Shown piece by piece: positions 1 to 11,688 of a stretch of 64,000 nt of DNA; within the stretch, counting starts at the first letter, position 1; each line of letters starts with the position of its first letter. The translations under genes and the position numbers were made by a program. The stretch comes from Lophium mytilinum (lineage: Eukaryota): positions 2,542,001 through 2,606,000 of the forward strand of contig MU004183.1 of the NCBI GenBank assembly GCA_010093605.1, in the 5' to 3' direction. The notes beneath the pieces were generated by a model. That model made no database searches, was not told the origin of the DNA, and worked only from the letters and a program-made list of their open reading frames with translations.

Positions 1-209
1 CTTCAGGGTCGTTAAAGGTAATAGACACAAGATGCATGTCAGTTTTCGCAAGATTTCGGGCTTAGTCGCAGTTGCAGTCTCAAATTCTGGCTAAATTTGT
101 TTCTTAGCTCTCCGGCCGCATTCTTCGCACGTTGTCGCATACCAGTGTCTCAACCCTCCAAATCTCTTTAACGACTCGACTCTTTCGGTTGTTGTTGGGG
201 TCACTATCA

Positions 210-1120
210 TTACGCAAATCCCGGAGTCGCTTCCGTTCTCCCTTGATTCGCGAGATGAAAGCCCCCCCGGCTAGCCAACCAGTCCGCCTGAGGATTCTGA
301 TCGAAGATTTCCTTGTACAGCTCCTTTAGAAGATCCATGTCTTTCCGAGCATAGTATGTTCCATGGATGGCCTCAATCGCCGAACGCTGGTCAAAACTAT
401 GCATCGTAGCCTCCGGCACCCGCGTTCGCCGTTCGCAGAGCTCGAGTCTGCAGTATGGACAGAAGTTGCTCGAGTTGCCAACTCCGTTCACATTCGTTCG
501 TAGGCAGGATCTATGGAACACGTGCTTGCAGATGGTCGTTACAGCATCCAGGGTGCCGGTGCTCTCTAGGCATACGCCTCAATCCTCGGGTGGGCCTGCG
601 TAACGGGTTGAGAAGGCCTGGATCTGGATCGGGGTAGAGTCTTCAGCTGGCTTGTAGGTCTCTTCGGCGGTGTAGCAGCCAACCAGCATCTCAACGCCCT
701 CATCCAGCTCGTCCCGGAGCGTCTGGCCAACTTTCCACATCCCCTCTAAAAGGTCCCCGAATTCCCAGCGGAGAAAAAAGTCTTTATCCTCTTCACGCTT
801 CCGCCTCGTGGCCTCCCCCCGCATCTCCTCGATCTGCCCGCGCAGCTCCTCGCTTCGTCGAAACGCAGTTGGATTGTTGATATATGGCCCGAGTGCGTCT
901 CTGCTGGTCTCGGGCCTTGCAGGATCCCGAGTACGCCGCATTGCCATCTGGAAGGTCATATAATCCGCTCTAAAGAATTGGACTCATGTGATTGCGTTGT
1001 GATGTACGCGAACATGTCGGCTGGAGACTGCTCGATCTCAGCGAGTTGCTCTAGAGTCTCGTCGAGGTAGCACCAGAATCGAAGAAGCTGCAAGGGTGAA
1101 GCAATGTAGTTAGGAGACAT
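210..1120 (-). pseudogene. RING-H2 zinc-finger protein, probable pseudogene (in-frame TGA at the first RING cysteine)
   Basis: ORFs 579..959 and 210..521 are in the same frame. Reading through TGA (579-581) gives PED*GVCLESTGTLDAVTTICKHVFHRSCLRTNVNGVGNSSNFCPYCR, a C3H2C3 RING-H2 lacking only Cys1. An upstream ATG at 1120 (MSPNYIASPLQLLRFW...) joins only through a weak 38-nt intron or a frameshift. Confidence 0.6.
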
Positions 1121-1851
1121 CTTGAGATGGGATCGGGTTGGGATGGTGGTGTGGTCTAGTGGAGGATTGTTGAGGTTGATAGAGCGAGGACGAGAGAATG
1201 GAAGAGAGGGTTTTATGGGGTCCTTGAGTTAAGTGATACGATGTGTCCATCCCTTCGAGGTGAATATGCGCAGAGAGTGTAAGTGGCGTGCGCTGTGAGT
1301 ATGTACAAACGGAACGCTGAAGTGAATGTATATAGGGCGACAATGGACGGTCTTACACGTGAATGTTATAGTGGGATTACATGGCCTGGTTGTACGCCAC
1401 TCTACGATCTCGATATATTGGAAATATACTATCAGCATACGAACGGCGCTGAGAACTAGCGACAGCAGGTGTGCTTATTAAGAGAAAGAGCGGTTTGATT
1501 ATGACCGAGTCGTCCGTCGTCGTGATGCGATATAACAATCGATGAAACAAGCAGGTGTGAGACAGCCACTATTACTTAGGGTAGCCCATAGTACGTACGT
1601 ACATACCTTCACAACGATCCGAACTCTACTAATCCTCTAGATAGCGGTTGTGCTTCTACATCTCTTCTAGTCAATACGCTTTCACAGTTATATCTGAGTC
1701 TACTTTCACAATGTCACATTTCGAGCCAGTTTCACGTTCACTCCATTTTTTCTTCAGATTCTTCCAAGCAGTTCCGCAGCAGGCGCTCTCAACTCCCCTT
1801 CCAACTCGACCTGCCCCACACACAAGCCCAGATCTACCGATTCCAACGAGA

Positions 1852-2523
1852 ATGGCTGACGACTCAAGCGTCTTCTTGCAGCGTGCTAGGGCATATCGTC
1901 ATTTCTCCGAGCTCTTAACTCTAATCGAACTACACAGCCTGGATATAACACCGGCCGACCACTTCGAATCTGTCACCTACAACGAGTTTCACATCACTCT
2001 CGGAGAGCTTAAAGCACTCAAGCTCCCACAGCTCACGAAGGCCTTCTTAGTTGGGCTGACGCACTTCCAAGCCAACATGCGCTATAGCTCTCCTACAATT
2101 GATGACCCAATTGGTGGTGAGTCTTGGGGGGATATGCTGGCCCCTTATCTCGAAGACCCCGGCGCCTTTCAGCGCGACGTACGGCCACGCGCCCGCATTT
2201 TCGAGCTGCAGCTTGAGCAAGTCAACGTGCTGCGCGGCGAGTTCGGTGAGAACTTCCTCTGGGTACCCCATAATAGTCTACCGTATCCTCGACCTTGGGC
2301 TAGTTATGGGAGCGACCTAGTTCGTGCGGTCGGCGGAGATAGAAAAGCCATTCTCGTGTCCATTCTTCCTGAACTCTACCCCAGACACCTCAAAGACATG
2401 AGACAGTATTTGGCGCATACCTCAACAATGCAGATAGATACATTCACTATTAACAATACCCACCAACGTTCACTTCGTCCCTTCACAATACAATCAACAT
2501 ATACATCCCCGCTCCCGCTCTAG
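1852..2523 (+). CDS. hypothetical protein (lineage-specific)
   Basis: Open frame from MADDSSVFLQR after a pyrimidine-rich leader, with protein-like composition. No family recognised. Confidence 0.4.
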   Translation: MADDSSVFLQRARAYRHFSELLTLIELHSLDITPADHFESVTYNEFHITLGELKALKLPQLTKAFLVGLTHFQANMRYSSPTIDDPIGGESWGDMLAPYLEDPGAFQRDVRPRARIFELQLEQVNVLRGEFGENFLWVPHNSLPYPRPWASYGSDLVRAVGGDRKAILVSILPELYPRHLKDMRQYLAHTSTMQIDTFTINNTHQRSLRPFTIQSTYTSPLPL

Positions 2524-3166
2524 TTTCTCAAGCATCCTGCGGTGACCGTGACACTTCCATCCGTGACGTGACCACACCAAACCCAGCAACGCGACTACAC
2601 CTAACCCAGCAGCGTGACTACACCCGTACACGTGTGACGCCACTGAGACCCATTCTCTTACTCTGTGAAATCTGCTTCGATGCACCTCCTCAAACTCGTG
2701 CTGGAGTACCTCCGCTTCTTCGCTAAGATAGATAAGTTTAGATATCCCCCTGCCCCGCCCACGCCGGCGCATAGAGCACTGAGTGCTGAGCAGGGGCCAG
2801 GGAGTTGTAGTTTAAACAATGCGAACACTGTGTTTACTTGTTGATGGAAGTAAGGCGTGAGGGGTGGGAGGTGTGGTACGCTATGATATGGCACTCTGAG
2901 GATGCGTTGTACCCCCTCTAGGAGAATATTTCACCTTCTGAACTGGGGCGGAGGTTCTGGGAGCCTTCACTTTGGCTGTCTGATAGTCCTGTCTTGACGG
3001 TGTGCTTGGGTCGTTGAGAGAGGCTTGGATGTAGGAAGAGGGGGAAAGGAATAGTAGAGAATCGAAGGAATATCCGAAGTGTTTTAGTTTGAGTTGTGCT
3101 TTGTGATGTCTATATGCCGATGTGATTCTGGTTAGAGTGGCCTGCTTGCTTTTTAGTGTCGTACTT

Positions 3167-3550
3167 GTGACATCGAACCCTGATGTTTCGCAGCTAGCTG
3201 AGGCCAGACAGACATCGGCAAAACGATAGAAAACGGACGCGTTCCACGCTTCAATTCTTGAAGCTGGGGTGTAGATACGCTGATATAATACTGATGGGAT
3301 TGGTCTGCTCAATTCCTAGTGCTGTAATTTGACATTGTGATTTCATATTCGTGACTAGCTGAAGACAGGCAAACATCGGCAAGGCTATAGTAAATTACCT
3401 CATTCCGCCAGTTAATTCCTAGATGTGTGCTTATCAAACAAAGGGTATTCCCAAACTGCCGCCCACCTAACTCGCAGATATGTGCCTGTGACATCGAGTC
3501 TTGATTTCATACAGCCACTTGAAGACGGCCAAACGTTGTCAAGACCTCCT
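3167..3550. repeat. degenerate tandem repeat, about 160-bp unit, about 2.4 copies
   Basis: Units start at 3167 (gtgacatcgaacc), 3329 (ttgacattgtg) and 3488 (gtgacatcgagtc). They share blocks such as ctagctga(g/a)g.cag.ca.acatcggcaa and aattc.t. Confidence 0.6.
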
Positions 3551-3576
3551 CAAATCACTACTCCCTACCTCCTAAT

Positions 3577-4401
3577 TCACACCACGAACGAAGTCTTCTC
3601 TCTCTGGCCTTTCTTTCCCTTTACTACTTCTAAAATAGCGCCGACAGCGTCAACCCACGTATTCTCCTCCTGAGTCCACTCGACTCCATATAGGAGTGAA
3701 TCCCAAGAGGCTCCGTGTTGATAGATTTCCACCTTCACCCCCTTCTTCGCCAGGTCGCTCAAGCCATGCAGCAGCACGAAGTCTTCAGGCTTCATGGTGG
3801 TAGGAGCACCTCCACGTGGAGGTAAGGCAATCGTGATCTTCTCTAACCTTACGTACTGCGCTAGCAAGGCTCTGACAGTTAGCTTCCGACGACGAAGCGC
3901 GGATTCTGTGTCGGCCCTGTCCGCCCAGCTGATTTGTAGGTGAGTCAAGTTCGCTAGACCGAATTCGCCGAGTTGCCGCGTTAATTTTCGCAGGCAGATG
4001 TGGGTGTGGACACTGATGTTGATGTGGTGCCGGTAGATCATTTCGGCGCATTCAGCGCGAATATGGCGGCAGACGGCGGGAAGCGCGATATCGGAGGGGT
4101 GGAAGAGCGTCGGCATGTCAGTCTTCGAGAAGCGTAGGAAGGGCTTCGTAGGCCACACAGAGAGCTGGCGAGGAGGGTCAGAGTCGAGGACGTGTTTGTA
4201 AATTATAAGGCGAAGCTCGGTGGGAAGAGCGAGAAGCAGGGACGTTTCGGTATTAATTTTGGAGCTGCTTGGTGAAGCTGAGGACAGCTCGAGCTTGCAG
4301 CGCTTCGGTGACGGTTGCTCGATCTCAGCCTCGATATTGACGCGCTTGAGCGAGGTCTGCTCGTTTCGCGTATTGGCCATGGTAGAGAAGGTGAAAGACA
4401 T
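3577..4401 (-). CDS. F-box-like (LPxELRxxIY) domain protein
   Basis: SLLLALPTELRLIIYKHVL motif, then LPAVCRHIRAECAEMIY, typical of fungal F-box-like proteins. Likely start is ATG 4401 or 4380. Confidence 0.7.
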   Translation of the reverse strand: MSFTFSTMANTRNEQTSLKRVNIEAEIEQPSPKRCKLELSSASPSSSKINTETSLLLALPTELRLIIYKHVLDSDPPRQLSVWPTKPFLRFSKTDMPTLFHPSDIALPAVCRHIRAECAEMIYRHHINISVHTHICLRKLTRQLGEFGLANLTHLQISWADRADTESALRRRKLTVRALLAQYVRLEKITIALPPRGGAPTTMKPEDFVLLHGLSDLAKKGVKVEIYQHGASWDSLLYGVEWTQEENTWVDAVGAILEVVKGKKGQREKTSFVV

Positions 4402-5396
4402 CGATCTAGAAGGTTTGTTTATGGTGAAGGGCTGGTGAGTTGGCTGGTTGAAGTCGAGAAGGTGGTTGTGTGGGCGCGAGAATGTTGTGGAAGGTGAAGT
4501 AAAGAAGATGCCGAGACTCGTGACCAAGGCGGAGGCTGGTTCCAAGGTTCAGTTCCAAAGTTGCCACATCTCCCAAAATTTCCTCTCCGCTTATGTCACA
4601 TCATTCACCAATAGGACTAGTGGAAGGCGGTCTCTTTATCAGCTATAGTGATATGCCAAAAGGCTTGATACTCGGATATAGCACTCATCGGGGTCCGCTT
4701 TTGCTCCTGTGCTACCACTGTGAGGAGAAGCTCGACGAGTACATGAATGCTGTGTCAATATGCATCCTAATTCATACTACATCATCATCTACATCATGTC
4801 CGAAGCTGCAAAAGCTAGTTAGGGTTCCCTCAGCAGTAGCCAACAGATGATAGATTGTGGAGGAGGTATGAAGAGGGCACGTGATTTGATTATATGTGTC
4901 AAACTCACCTTGCATATCAGTGAATTAATTCAACGCCCTCAACATAACGCCATGATTTAGGCTGGTATGATATGCCTCTCTGCGGGTGTCGATGAATTCA
5001 CGAAGGCCTGCCTAAGAGACGCAAAAATACCGGAGTAGGTATCCGACCTACAACACTGAACACTGGGAATGTTTGCGGCGCCTTCTCGTACGGCGCGGGC
5101 ACTCCTGGAAGACCTTTTGGGGCTTCAAATTCTCATACAATATACCGATATCTGTAAGCCGAAGATAGACGTCGTACATTCGGGATGCCTGAGAAGGGAG
5201 GAGGTTAGAAACGGGACGGAAGGCTCACGTTCCGATGCCAAGGATCACTGCCAAGCTCGATGCCTTAGGCGGGCACTCACTGGCACACCATTTGTAAGAC
5301 CGCAATCATCAGATCGGTAGATCCGGAGTACATATACTCTCCTCTACGCGCTTTGATCGCCGAAGTGTACGAAGACATCCAGCATAGTCTATCGCC

Positions 5397-6132
5397 ATGG
5401 CCCCCAAAACATTCTGCCTACTCGGAGGAACTGGATCCACTGGGCTTATTTTCATCGAAAAAGCCGTTGCAAATGGACACCATGTTCGTGTATTCGCCAG
5501 GACTCCATCCAAGATACCAGAAAAGTTGCACAACCATGACCAAGTCACAGTAGGTTTGACGGTGCCCATGTTGCACACGTGACCGGCGACTAAACACTAT
5601 CCAGATTATCGAAGGCTACCTCTGGGATGAGGATCTCCTATCTACGGCTATCAAAGGAACTGATGCTGTCGTCTCTATTCTCGGCCCGTCTAGCCTCCGC
5701 ATCACGCCTGGCACGTTTGTAACGCCTTACAAGCTCATCATGAAGTTCATGCGCGAGCACGGCGTAAAGCGCATCTTTGTCATGGGCACGCTCAGCATTA
5801 CGGATCCCAAGGACAAGCCCTCCTTTCTTGTGCGCGCGATGGTGTTCTTCATCTGGCTTTTTGGTCGTCCCACCTGGACCGAAATTATTAACATAGGGAA
5901 GACGTTTGATGAGGACGCTAAGGACCTGGATTGGACCATCTATCGACTTGGTTTGGTGACTAATGGCCCGGATGGGGAGGTTGCGACGACGTATGCGGGC
6001 GAGAGCGACTTTGTTTCGTTTGTATATCGTAATGAGCTGGCTGGGTGGTTGCTTGAGCAGGCGGAGAAGACGGTGCCTGAGTTCGTTCATGAGAAGCCTG
6101 CGGTGTGCTCAGCAGGCAAGAAGAAGGTGTAG
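5397..6132 (+). CDS. NAD(P)-binding Rossmann protein (flavin reductase/BLVRB-like atypical SDR)
   Basis: LLGGTGSTG glycine motif and HVRVFARTPSK. Intron 5550-5604 (GTAGGT...CTAAAC...CAG) joins in frame to IIEGYLWDED...DAVVSILGP...LDWTIYR. Confidence 0.9.
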
Positions 6133-6684
6133 ACGGCAGTGTTATACGGATTGGCCGTAGTGACTGAACAGATCGAACGACGTTTGGTGGATACGAAATT
6201 ATACCCTGCCTCTTTGTCATATATTCTGAGTATCAACTGTTGCGAGTGTGTATCTTGGCGGAGAGACCTATTACAGAAGACTTCCAACTTTTCTACCTTG
6301 CTCCAAAATAGCGGTTCGGTGTTAAGTGAAATATAGAGTCGTAATAAAGGTACGCATTCTCGCGGACGAGGAAATCAATGCAGCTATGAGGAGAGTGTGG
6401 ACTTTGTGGGTCAAGCAGCTTTGCCTCTGCGTACGTACTGAACAAACCAAACCATCTAGGACTACCCAATCATAGAACATATGTAGGACATTTTGAGTCA
6501 GGTTGAAAATTCGATCGATCGCCAATAACGGAATAATATGATTGGCCGAAGCACATAATTCACGCGCATCTGTCGCCGAGAGGTCAAAGCTCGTCTGTTT
6601 ACTCGCATCTAACAACAAAAACATCAACAGCATCCACCTCCAACAACCACCCCATTCTTCAATTGCAACACAACCACAACCACC

Positions 6685-9170
6685 ATGTCTACCGCGCTCG
6701 AGGCCCATAGCCCGCCCCGTACGAGCACCAACATTATGGACGAGGACGTAATCGACTGGAGCGATCCACCAAGCTCGCCTTTCATAGAACATGTCGAGCT
6801 CGACCAGGAGAATGTTGCGCCACGCGACACCGCCTCTACTCCCACCAAGAAAACGCCTCTAGACGACAACAATTTTGCCTCGGCAATCAAGCGTTTGTCG
6901 CCACAGAAAGGGTTTGGTTTCAAGGACAGGTCCTCCCCAGCCAAGCCACTGGATTCGCCGAGTAAACAACTGTTTGGAGAATTGGAGAAAACTACGCCCA
7001 CCAACTCCCCACCTATCCCGGAGAGACTTTCCTCGAAGAAGACTTCTCCGATCAAATTCAGTGTGGTGGAGGAGGAAGAACACGTTCTTCGAGAATCCAG
7101 TCATAATCGCACGTCGCCATTGAAGTTATCACCTAGCAAGCGCAGCTCTGTGGAGAGATCAGAATCGCCTCTACGCAGATCTACTCACGACGAGCCGACG
7201 ATACTTTCGAGATCGTCTACAAGATCGTCAGCCACAAAACGTATGTCCCTCGAACATGAAGACCAACCCGAACCAAAGCTCCGAAAGTCCAGCCAGGAGC
7301 ACCAAGAATCAGCCAGGCCGTCTCCAACAAAGCGCACATCATCTGAGCGGGTAGAACAGACTCTACGAGAGAATGAGGGTCTCACGATTGCTATGAAGAT
7401 CTTAGAGGAGACACGCAGTGAGAGCCACTACGAGACACACCACAAGGAAAACTCCTCAGAGGCCCGGTCAGACAGCCATGGGTCTGCTGAGTTTGACAGC
7501 TTTTCGGAGTTCAGCCCAGACGGCCCAGACGGCCCTTCGACGATGGTCGACGATACGTGCTTCAGCAATTTCTCGGAAATGCCTGATATGACCAAGTTTG
7601 CAAACTCTATGATGAGGAGCCCTGCGAAGTCTGTCTTGAACCAGGTATGATCTATTATCTCCTACACGCATTTTCAAATACTGACAGGTTATAGGGCATG
7701 AGCACCCCACGAGCAAACCTCCTCATGACACCAGCAACTGCAAGAAAACACCAAAGCCAGTCTCCTTCACCAACGCCTCGTCGCAATGCGAACCCTATTT
7801 ACTCGGATAATGATACGACGAACCTACTTCTCGACTTCACGCAGCAAATTGAGGCCTTCTCCACGGCAACCCACCGTTCGCCAACGCGCGGCCGTAACTC
7901 CCCTACAAAATCTGCCACGGAATCTAATCTGCTCTCGTTCATCCAAAACCAGCGAAGCCCTGCCAAATCGAGCTTTGTACCTTCAACGCCAGCAGAGAAA
8001 CGTCATCTCCTAAATCTCCTCGACTTCGAACTTCCTCCACCACCAACACCTCGCTCGATACCTAGCATAACAATCCGCGAACTTGAGTCACTCAAGTCTG
8101 GATTCCAGTCCCAAGTCTCTTCCCTCACCGCCTCGCTCTCCGGCAAAGAAGCCGAGGTCAGCAGTCTCAAGAAAGCCGTCAGCAGTGCCGAGCGCCGTGT
8201 AGGCGAAGCACAAGAGCAAGTACGTGAGGAACGCAGCGCGCGCGAACATGCTGAGAAGCAGAAGGCCGAGTGGGAAAAGAAAGGCACTGAAGTCGAGGCG
8301 GTTCTCAAGAGTATCAAAGAAGAGGTCATGAAGAGCGACCAAGAGCGCGAGGAGCTCTTCCGCAAACTCGACGAAGCCGAACGACGAGCTGAAGACGCCG
8401 AATTACGCGCCAACGACGCCGAAAGCCGCGCTGTCGAGGCAGAGGGCAAGTGCGTGGATACCACCGTCTTCGTGGAAGCGGATACGGATAAGCCGACCAA
8501 GGGCCCTGTCTACACAGCCGAGGAAGTCCAGAAGCAGATCGACGAGAAAGTAGCGACGCTGTGCAAGGAGCTCCATGTCATCTACAAGAAGAAACACGAG
8601 AGCAAAGTGTCTGCGCTGAAACGCTCGTACGAGGAGAAGATGGCACGGAAGACAAAGGAGCTGCAAACCAACGTCAAGGACCTCAAGAAGAAGTGCGAAG
8701 AACTCCAGCACGCTCGTGATGCTACGTTTTCCACAGTTTTGCCGACTGATATTCCTTCGAATTCTTCGGCAGCTATCAACGCCGCCGATCTGCAGAAGCT
8801 CGAGACCCAACAGGCAGAGATCGAGGAACAGAAAGCTAGACTCGCGGGTTTGGAGTCTGAGATCCAGTCTGTGCGGGATAACCACGCGCAAGTCCTCAAG
8901 GAGCTTGAGGCCGAGCGCGTCGAGAAGGGCGAGCTGGTTGCCGCGGCAGAGCAGATGCTCTCGCTTCAGATGGAGTTCCAGGCGCAACAAGCAGCACAGG
9001 AGGAGATGCGACGGAGCGTTGGGCCCGCTGGAGGTAACGCGGTGAGGCCAAGTGGATTGACGAGACCTGGTTTCGCAGGTAGTGGAATTGGCGGTAGGAG
9101 TACGAGTGGGAAGAGCAGAATAATGAGCAACATCGAGAAGATGGGTGGGCGGAGTGCGAGCTCCGAGTAG
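6685..9170 (+). CDS. Slk19/TACC-like central kinetochore-associated coiled-coil protein
   Basis: SP-rich disordered N-terminus. Intron 7645-7694 (GTATGA...CTGAC...TAG) is in frame. Long coiled coil with the conserved LHVIYKKKHESKVSALKRSYE block. Confidence 0.8.
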
Positions 9171-9420
9171 ACACGCGGCTGAGATGTGATGACTGATTGA
9201 TTGATATGGGCGTTGGGTATTCTTTGGAGTATGGATGGGCTTTGGCTAAGATTTTGGCCTGTCTTTCTCTGATGTCTCTCATTGCAAGGTACTGTCTATA
9301 GTTTACTCCTAGACTGAAATACAACCTTGTGTTGTTGTCTACAGCATGCTCACGTTGGAATGACGATTGAAGTCAAGTGCTTCTCATATCCAGAAATACC
9401 CCCATCTATACTTCCCTAAT

Positions 9421-9986
9421 CTACAACCTCCTTCCACTCAGCAAGTCCCACATCGGCACTCTCCCACTTGCATCTCCTTCCCGGTTCTCACACCACTGTC
9501 CTTCCCCTTTCTTCCTCTCCACAAAACTCACCGCCGCCCCTTGACAGTCGTCCTACTCTCTCAACCCGGCCACCAACCCCTTCGTCTCCAACTCTAAAAG
9601 CCCATCTCTCAGCCACGTCCGACAAGAGAAATCGCCCTCATGCATGTTCCCTACATCCGGGCGCTCATCGCCAACCTGATACACCGGTACGCCCGCGACG
9701 ATTCCCTCGACATCTTCGATCGAAGCGGTTAATTTGCCAATGAATACCCGCGCAAGCAGCCGCTGTTCAAGGCCAACATCTGGCAACTCGACGTGTTCGT
9801 AGCGCCATAGCTAAGTAGTCTCGCTAGAGGTGTCGAGGGGGGTATTTTTCACGTGGTGCTTAGTTGCTGTGGTGGGTGGTTGGTCCTTGGTACCTTTAGG
9901 GGAGATGTATGCGCGTAGTAGTAGCTTTCCGGGTGTTTGGGGCGGGCGTAGAGGGCGAGTTGGAGGCGGGGCTTATTGCTGGGCAT
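9421..9986 (-). pseudogene. pseudogene paralogous to the 11143-11688 gene (conserved fungal family, tentatively DUF6914)
   Basis: Manual translation: MPSNKPRLQLALYARPKHPESYYYA [frameshift] YISPK...TKHHVKNT...*LWRYEHVELPD...LLARVFIGKL...FSCRTWLRDGLLELE...RE*DD...FVERKK...VPMWDLL. Collinear with the intact neighbour, with one frameshift and two TAG stops. Confidence 0.8.
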
Positions 9987-10084
9987 GGCTTACGGTTTGA
10001 ATTTGAGGTAGAGACGAATGGGGGCGGTATGTTTGGTTGTATGTTTGGTCGCGAGGCGATGAGGGTGGAGGGACGTGGTGGCTC

Positions 10085-10615
10085 CAAGGGCGCGTCTTTT
10101 AAAAAGCAATTTACACGGTTAGAAATGTTACTCTTTGTAACTGAAGAAGGCAAGAGGTGCCCCGACAACCTCCTTCGAACCTAATATCGCAAGCTCGATT
10201 CAGGCGGTCGCGGAAAACAGGTCCAAAAGACAGCTATAATAGGTGCACGCTGCGTGCCCTCCGCGTCGCTTAAAAATTCGATTCACGCGGTCAGAAATGT
10301 AACTCTTTGTAACCAGAGGAGGCAGGATCTCGACCGACACACTCTAACGACCTTTTCTACACCTAGTCCTGTGGACTTGATTTAGGAGGTCGTGCAAACG
10401 GTTAGAAAATTAGCTACTGAATGAGCACGCCACGTGCCCTCCGCGTCTAGCAAAAAATGAGTTGCGCGGTTAGAAATGTGAATTCTTGTAACCAGGGGGG
10501 CAAGCTCTCTACAGATACACCCCCAGCGCCTTCTTTTAAACCTATTACTGCGAGCTTGATTCAGAGGGTCGTGCAAACGGTTGGAAAAGTGACTATGATA
10601 TGTGCACGCCGCGTA
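10085..10615. repeat. degenerate tandem repeat, about 172-180-bp unit x3
   Basis: cggt(t/c)agaaatgt...ttgtaac at 10116, 10288 and 10467. Each unit also repeats gatt(c/t)ag..ggtcg and gcacgc..cgt blocks. Confidence 0.75.
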
Positions 10616-11142
10616 TATACAAGGCACAGTTGGGTCTGTGGCGCGGTTTTCGGAGGCGTGTGCTGATAGGCTGTCGCGCAGTATCAATGATACGAATTTT
10701 ACGGATTCAGAGTGTGGAAGAGTGCAAAGATTGTGAAGGAGCGGGGTGTTGCGGTCTCCGTGTATTCTTGCGGCACAGCTGGCAGGTGCTTCGTGGAACA
10801 AGCGAATCGCCAGCAACCTCGTCATTCTGAAAATGACATGAAGAAGTAAAGCGACACGGAACGATGCATGTTTCGTGAAGTAGAAATGTAGATGTTGTGT
10901 TCAAAACAAGCTGGTCCAAACTTTACAAGCTCAGTGATTTCCAAGACACGCAAAGATTAGGACGTAATCAGAGGAAGAGAAAATCAGTGCTGAAACAACA
11001 TCACGGAGGAAAAGAAAGCGCCGAGAGCTAGAGCATCATCGCAGCCTGGAATTCGGATTATCAGTCCCTTGGTAAATGAAAGATTCTCGCGCGAAGAAAA
11101 CATGCTAACCGCATAAAAAGATATCTACGCCCACCTCCCTGT

Positions 11143-11688
11143 ATGCGTACAACACTGGTTTCCTCTAACAAAGACCGAATCTACATCGCCTTGTATGATC
11201 GTCCCGGGGAAAACCCCAACACCTACCACTGGGCGATTATCGTAGGGCCCAAGAACGAAGTCGAAGGTGGACGAGGTCATCGATATCACGTCAGAGAGCG
11301 GCTCGGTCTTGACAGACCGGGAATATTCAGATGGCAATACGAAGCCGTGGAGATTCCACTGGCACAGACTAATATGCTCCTTGCGCGGGTGATGATCGGT
11401 AAGGTTGCGAATGGAGCCCAGTTGCCCACGACGCTCGCAACAGTGCCCCTCGTGCAAGACAATCCAGCGTGGAGATGCCGTCATTGGGTTAGAGACGCGA
11501 TTGCGGCGTTGGAAGCCGATCGGAGGAGCTTAGGAACAAGGGTGACAGACTGGTCGAAAATTGAGCGCGCGTCGACGGCCTATGTTGAACGGAAGAGGCA
11601 GCAGAAGAGATATGATGGGTCGGGGACATGGAAGGCGGGCACAGTTCCTACCTACGATCTGCTGGAGGAAATGGAAGTCATTCCGTGA
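11143..11688 (+). CDS. conserved fungal hypothetical protein (tentatively DUF6914 family)
   Basis: Motifs SNKDRIYIALY, YHWAIIVGPK, RYHV, WQYE, LLARVMIGKV, CRHWVRDA and VPTYDLL in an intact 181-aa ORF. Confidence 0.8.
   Translation: MRTTLVSSNKDRIYIALYDRPGENPNTYHWAIIVGPKNEVEGGRGHRYHVRERLGLDRPGIFRWQYEAVEIPLAQTNMLLARVMIGKVANGAQLPTTLATVPLVQDNPAWRCRHWVRDAIAALEADRRSLGTRVTDWSKIERASTAYVERKRQQKRYDGSGTWKAGTVPTYDLLEEMEVIP

Noticed and set aside
960..1990. Faint similarity between the N-termini of the divergent 1120(-) and 1852(+) genes (SPADMF versus TPADHF)
   Set aside because: Too short to distinguish from chance.
2568..2624. 23-bp tandem repeat (gtgac.acacc.aacccagca.c, about 2.5 copies)
   Set aside because: Short minisatellite with no spacers; not CRISPR-like and no functional cue.
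8003..8990. Long antisense ORFs over the Slk19/TACC-like gene
   Set aside because: Shadow ORFs of a codon-biased coiled-coil gene.
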